From contig CAVWLP010000002.1 of assembly GCA_963755915.1 (NCBI GenBank), positions 1,344,001-1,408,000 of the forward strand: 64,000 bases of DNA, given 5' to 3'. This stretch comes from an uncultured Phycisphaerales bacterium (GTDB taxonomy: Bacteria; Planctomycetota; Phycisphaerae; Tepidisphaerales; Tepidisphaeraceae). Numbering within the stretch: position 1 is the first letter of the stretch; each line of letters begins with the position of its first letter. The notes beneath the pieces are model-generated. The model saw only the letters and a program-made list of their open reading frames with translations. It was not told where the DNA came from and did no database searches. Positions 57,480 through 64,000 of this stretch are shown piece by piece. A program made the position numbers and the translations under genes.

Positions 57480-59390
57480 ATGCGTGCCGAAGCGTTCAGC
57501 ACTTTTGAAGATGTAAAGACCCGCGTTTTGCAAGCCACCGATATTGTCGCTCTGGTCGGGCAAAGCGTCCGATTGAAGCGCCGCGGAAAGGATTTTGTCG
57601 GGCTCTGCCCGTTTCACCAGGAAAAGACCCCGTCGTTTTCGGTCAGCCCTTCCAAGCAGCGATTCTATTGCTACGGCTGCGAGAAGGGTGGCAATGCGAT
57701 CGACTTCGTGATGTTCAGCGATCGGGTCGAATTTAAAGACGCCCTGCGAAAGTTGGCCGAGTCGGCGGGAATCGATATGCCGCACCTGCGGCAGACGAAG
57801 GAAACAGTCAGCGAGCGGCAGGTTCTGCTGGAAGCACAGTCGAGTGCCGCGATGTTCTTTGAAAAGTTGCTCTCCCACCCGGAGAGAGGTGCTGCCGCCC
57901 GGAAGTACCTGGTGGAACGCGGGTTCGACGCGGAGTCGATCAAGCGGTTCCGCATCGGACTGGCGGCAGATAGCTGGGACGCGCTGCTTACGAGCGTGGC
58001 GATGAAGAAATTCACACCGCCGCAAATGGCGCTGGCCGGGCTGGCTAAAGCCCGCGAGCGTCAGGACGGCGCCAGTGGCGGATTTTACGACACGTTTCGA
58101 AATCGGCTCATGTTTCCGATTCGCGATGAAGGCGGCCGCGTGATCGCCTTCGGCGGGCGCGTCATGCCGGGGTCGGAAGATCCCGCGAAATATCTCAATA
58201 GCCCCGAGACGCCCCTGTTTTCGAAGAGCCGGTGCATTTTTGGGATTGATCTGGCCCGGCCGAAGATCGTCGAAACGCGGACGGCGGCAGTTGTTGAAGG
58301 GTACACCGATGTGGTGATGGCGCATCAGTTCGGCGTCAGCAACGTCGTATCGGTGCTCGGCACAGCCCTGACGGAACATCACGTGGCGATCCTCCGGCGA
58401 TTTGCCGATCGGATCGTCCTGGTCTTCGACGGCGACCTCGCGGGTGACAACGCCGCCAACCGGGCCATGGAGCTCTTTTTGAGCCAGCCGGTGGAAATTG
58501 CCATTGCCTCGCTGCCGGATGGGATGGACCCGGATGAATTTCTGCTGAAAAACGGTGCCGAGGCGTTCAATAAATTTTTGGCCGATGCAACGGATGCGCT
58601 GACATATAAATGGAGACAGTTGGTTCAGCGGTTGAAAGAAAATAGCGGCCTAACGTCTCGGCAGGAGGCGGTTCAGCAATATCTGGAGACGCTTGCCGCC
58701 GCACGAGGTTCAGCAGCGGTCGATCCGATTCGCTGGGGCGCGGCCCTGGCACGAGTCAGCCGCCTTACCGAAACCCCCATGGAGGAGTTAAACCAGAGGT
58801 TTCGGATAAAGACGGCAAGGAAGCGACCGGCGGCAACCGGAGCAGCCAATGGAGTAGCTGGGACCGCTCAAGTTGGCGAGGCCGATCAGCCGAAAAGCAA
58901 TGTCTCAGCCACACGGTTGACCGCACGCCAGCGGGCAGAGGGTTTTATTCTGGGACTGTTGCTGTCCGAACCGCAACGCTGGCATAAAATTCAGCAAGAG
59001 CTTAAGCCAGGCGACTTTACGGATGATTCGCTGCGCCGCCTCGCCGAGATGTTCTGGCAGCATTCGCAGGATGAGGGAGAGCCGGTTTTCAACGAGTTTT
59101 TGAATTTGATATCGGACGTTGAATTGAAAAGCGCCGCTGTAAAATGGGCCAATGAATCCGGAGATGCAATTGAGAAAGATCGATACCTCGCGGACTCTTT
59201 AGGGCATATAATGAGACAGAGGGAAATCGAGGAAAGGAAACGGCTGGTCGTTGGACTGCGTCAAACGGCCGGGCCCTCAGGAGTCAACGGGCCGGAAGTT
59301 AAGCAGGGTGATGTGTCGGCAGACATTGAAACCCTGCGTAAATTGCAGGAAAAAGCTCGTCATCCGGACCTGATGCGTGTTACTCTGTAA
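57480..59390 (+). CDS. dnaG: DNA primase
   Basis: CPFHQEKTPSF..CYGC, FGGR, KYLNSPET, VEGYTDV, FDGDLAG, DPD. Confidence 0.97.
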   Translation: MRAEAFSTFEDVKTRVLQATDIVALVGQSVRLKRRGKDFVGLCPFHQEKTPSFSVSPSKQRFYCYGCEKGGNAIDFVMFSDRVEFKDALRKLAESAGIDMPHLRQTKETVSERQVLLEAQSSAAMFFEKLLSHPERGAAARKYLVERGFDAESIKRFRIGLAADSWDALLTSVAMKKFTPPQMALAGLAKARERQDGASGGFYDTFRNRLMFPIRDEGGRVIAFGGRVMPGSEDPAKYLNSPETPLFSKSRCIFGIDLARPKIVETRTAAVVEGYTDVVMAHQFGVSNVVSVLGTALTEHHVAILRRFADRIVLVFDGDLAGDNAANRAMELFLSQPVEIAIASLPDGMDPDEFLLKNGAEAFNKFLADATDALTYKWRQLVQRLKENSGLTSRQEAVQQYLETLAAARGSAAVDPIRWGAALARVSRLTETPMEELNQRFRIKTARKRPAATGAANGVAGTAQVGEADQPKSNVSATRLTARQRAEGFILGLLLSEPQRWHKIQQELKPGDFTDDSLRRLAEMFWQHSQDEGEPVFNEFLNLISDVELKSAAVKWANESGDAIEKDRYLADSLGHIMRQREIEERKRLVVGLRQTAGPSGVNGPEVKQGDVSADIETLRKLQEKARHPDLMRVTL

Positions 59391-59623
59391 GCAGGTGAAC
59401 CCTCGCCGGTGGCTCACATGGGCTGCCATGCGGGTTCGTGCGAGCGGGTTCATGGGCGGGACGGGCTTGGTTTGAAAAACTAAATATCGGGAATGAATGT
59501 TGGGTTCGCGTTGCAACGATCAGGAATAGCCCTGAAATCGTTGGCCCGGCTCCGCGTCATTATCAGCGGATTTGGCCGCCAGCCAAAGAACGCTGTGGCA
59601 ACTGGAAAGTGGTCGTTAAGGAC

Positions 59624-61434
<1,811 letters not shown>

Positions 61435-61464
61435 GTTGTCATTATATTTTGAAGATTAAGGAAC

Positions 61465-61496
61465 AGGGCGGCGCGCACAGCGCCGCCCTTTCTTTT
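61465..61496 (+). terminator. Intrinsic terminator after rpoD
   Basis: AGGGCGGCGC-gcaca-GCGCCGCCCT followed by TTCTTTT. Confidence 0.85.
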
Positions 61497-61501
61497 GTGC
61501 T

Positions 61502-62622
61502 CTATCTTGTCGCGGAAAGCTCATGCGGAATCGCCCCGACGAGCACGGATGAATCAGCCGGCGTCAACTGGAGCTGCCGCGTAACCTGGTCCATCCGGCT
61601 TATGAAGTGAGTCTGGAACGTATCGCCCAGCAGATCATCGATGTGGCCGCTCAAACCGTCGGGCAGCACGATGCACGTCACGTTGCGAACGGTGAATCCG
61701 CCGAGCCGAATCGATTTGAGCGTTGCCTGGTGGACCTTGACGGTGTCCGTACCAGCCGTACCCACTTCGAAAGTGGGGTCCTGATCGGTGAAGTGGATGC
61801 CCAGTTGTTTAGCGGTATTGGCGCTGATCGCCATCTGGTCGGCGCCGGAATCCCACATCATTTCATCGGTCACGCTGCCGTTGATAACGGCCTGGACATA
61901 GAGTTCGTCGTTGCTGGGGTCGCGGCGCACCGGGACCGGCGAATCGACCACATCCTTCACCGCCTTGCGCAGGAAATCCAGGTCGGCGGCGAAGTCCGGC
62001 GTAGGACCCAGCTTCAGGGGCGGCTGAGTGTTCAGGTTGGCGGTGGTGATCGCCTGTGTCAACGATCGATCCTGCGCCAGTGTCGCATAGGCCCTGGCAA
62101 TGGATTCCCCCTGCCCGGCGACGTCCATCACGAGATTTGTATAAGCCGCCCGTGAATCCGGCACCTGCCCGAGCTTGGCCGTGGCGTCGTCCAGGTCCTT
62201 CTGCTGGCTGTCGATGTTGGCGGTGAGCGAGTTGTGCAACTCCGCGGCGGCGTTATACAGGTCGATCACCTGCGAATAAGCGGGATCGTCCTTGCTCAGG
62301 CTCCGCGACTGCGTGATGTATTGGTTGAGTTGATTGTCGTCGACAAGCAGCTTGTCTGTCAGTCCATCGAGATTTCGCCGGTCGCCCTGGATCTCAAAAC
62401 GCAGGTCGCGGCGCGAGATCGTCTCGGCATGAACCGCGTCGGCGCTGTGCTTCACCTGCCCAACGCGGTCATGGAATCCTGACTCGTAGGGAAGCACAAG
62501 CCAGGAGTCGGACACCGACAGCCCGCAGTTTTCAAATACCGTTTGCGGGGGCAGAGAGTCATCCTGCGCAGCCCAAGCGCGAAGGCGAGAATTAAAGCCG
62601 CAACTAATCGGGCTCGTTTCAT
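61502..62622 (-). CDS. Exported coiled-coil protein with retropepsin-like aspartyl protease domain (frameshift near 62580)
   Basis: Signal MKRARLVAALIL; YVQAVING..MMWDSGA..TAKQLG..DLLG. Confidence 0.8.
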
Positions 62623-62630
62623 AATTCCCA

Positions 62631-64000
62631 TTACTGGAACAAGCATATCTCCGCGAAGCCCGGGTGCTGCGTGCCGGCGCCGACGGAGAAGATATCGAAA
62701 CGAATCCACTTGACAGTATGCGAGGTGAAGTGCAAAGCGAGGGGTGTTCCGTCCGTCGGCAGCTCGCCGAAAGGCACGGTGCTCCCGTCGTTGAAAACCA
62801 TCTGGCCGCTGACGATGTGGTCGGATCCATCGGGGCGGTCCCACATTTTGGCTGAGCTGATGGATACGGGCTGATCCCAGGTGAGGGTGATGGATCCGGT
62901 TGGCTGGTCGCAGGCCCATTCGTTGCGCGGATTGTCGGGCGCGCCGGCGACGATGCCGTCGATGGCGCCGCGGGGTGGATCCGTCCATTGTCGAGCTGGC
63001 GGTCGCAGTGGCGAGGCGGCCCAGATCAAAGTCTTTGGGCCGGGAGGGCGGGCGGTAGGCCGGCGACTGGGAATTTGGCTGCGAATTCTGCTGAGAAGCG
63101 AAGACGGGTTCGCCGATCGCCCCGATGTCAACCGAGGAATCGATCGGCGTCAACTGAAGTTTGCCGCTTTGCTGATCCAGCCGGCTCAGGAAATGGCTCT
63201 GGAAACTGTTGCCCAGAAGGTCCGAGCCTTCCATCACCACGCACTCGACGCTGTGCAGCGTGAAAGGACCGAGCTGAACGGAATCGAGCACAGCCTTTTT
63301 TGCCTTGATGGTCGCTCCATTAGCGATCGTGATTTCAATCGAGGGACTTTTATCGTTCAGGTCCAGGCCAAGCGCCGCGGCGGTATCACGACTCAACTGC
63401 GTATCTGAACAACCGGAATCCCAGGTCATCGAAACCGTCAATTTTCCGTTGATGATCGGCAGGACGTGAAGCCCGCCAATCGTGTTGGCTTTTTGCACGG
63501 CCACCCAGGCGCTGACAATCCTTTGTGCCGAATCGTGCAGAAATTGCTGATCTTCGGTGAACTGAGGCGAAGGCCCCAGCGTCAGCGCCTGGTCGGCATT
63601 GGCGTTCGCCTGGGCGATGGCGGCGCTCAGCACGTCATTCTGCGCCAAATGCGAATAGGTCTGGACAATCGCGTCGGCCTTGGCCTGCGCGTCCATGATC
63701 CCGCCGATGAACCGCGCCCGCGCTTCCTCGACCTGGCTCTCGCGCTGTGAGAGGCCGTCGAGCATTTCCTGCTCCCTGACCAGTTTCGACCATAACTGAT
63801 CGGATTGCGTTATCGTGCGGTTCATGGCGTCGATCGAATCGTTGTCGGTCTTGCCCTTGAAACCGTTGATCGTCTTCAGCAGCGACGCGCGCTGGTCGGC
63901 AATCGCCTCTATCGTATTTTGTCCCTGGATCAATTCGGGCTGCAGGCTTCGATGCGTGCTGGTCGCGCTCCGTACCGCTTCGTCAGATTGCTGAAGCGCC
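62631..64000 (-). CDS. Paralogous coiled-coil/retropepsin protein with C-terminal discoidin-like domain; partial, frameshift near 62970
   Basis: IING..MTWDSGC..DLLGNSF; ATATASST..AIDG..EW..ITLTW..WIRF. Confidence 0.78.

Overview
GC-rich bacterial chromosomal window, most consistent with Planctomycetota (Phycisphaerae/Tepidisphaerales-like). This is inferred from PEP-CTERM proteins, ATQP/TTQP linker motifs and a CGYDLRATPDRCPECG zinc-ribbon membrane protein. About 20 genes, including rpoD and lptB, carry single-base frameshifts, most likely uncorrected long-read errors, so several calls are reconstructed across frames. Housekeeping content includes tRNA-Thr(CGT), rnr, folD, a cold-shock gene, lptB and dnaG-rpoD. 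The most striking feature is a tightly coupled operon at 3628-9275. It encodes a Ser/Thr kinase with zinc ribbons, three membrane proteins (two with zinc ribbons), a 31-aa membrane peptide, a nuclease-like/winged-helix protein and three tandem ~200-aa helical proteins with the sequence pattern of ESCRT-III (Snf7/Vps2/Vps24-like) subunits. This is a candidate bacterial ESCRT-III-like membrane-remodelling system; no Vps4 ATPase is present in the window. Other highlights: (1) a SAM-I riboswitch controlling a thrC-like/MoaD/NIL cassette, possibly sulfur-carrier-dependent homocysteine synthesis; (2) a DnaA-box/AT-rich intergenic region at 32.1-32.6 kb; (3) a mobile-element hotspot at 41.8-53.7 kb, with an IS1111-type IS110 nested in a TIR/TSD-bounded element (its 3' noncoding end has matches to its own flanks), a 187-bp MITE, tandem IS1-family remnants with passenger genes, an intact IS4, and an IS21 splitting a repeat-rich PEP-CTERM gene. 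All family assignments are by motif recognition; no database searches were run.
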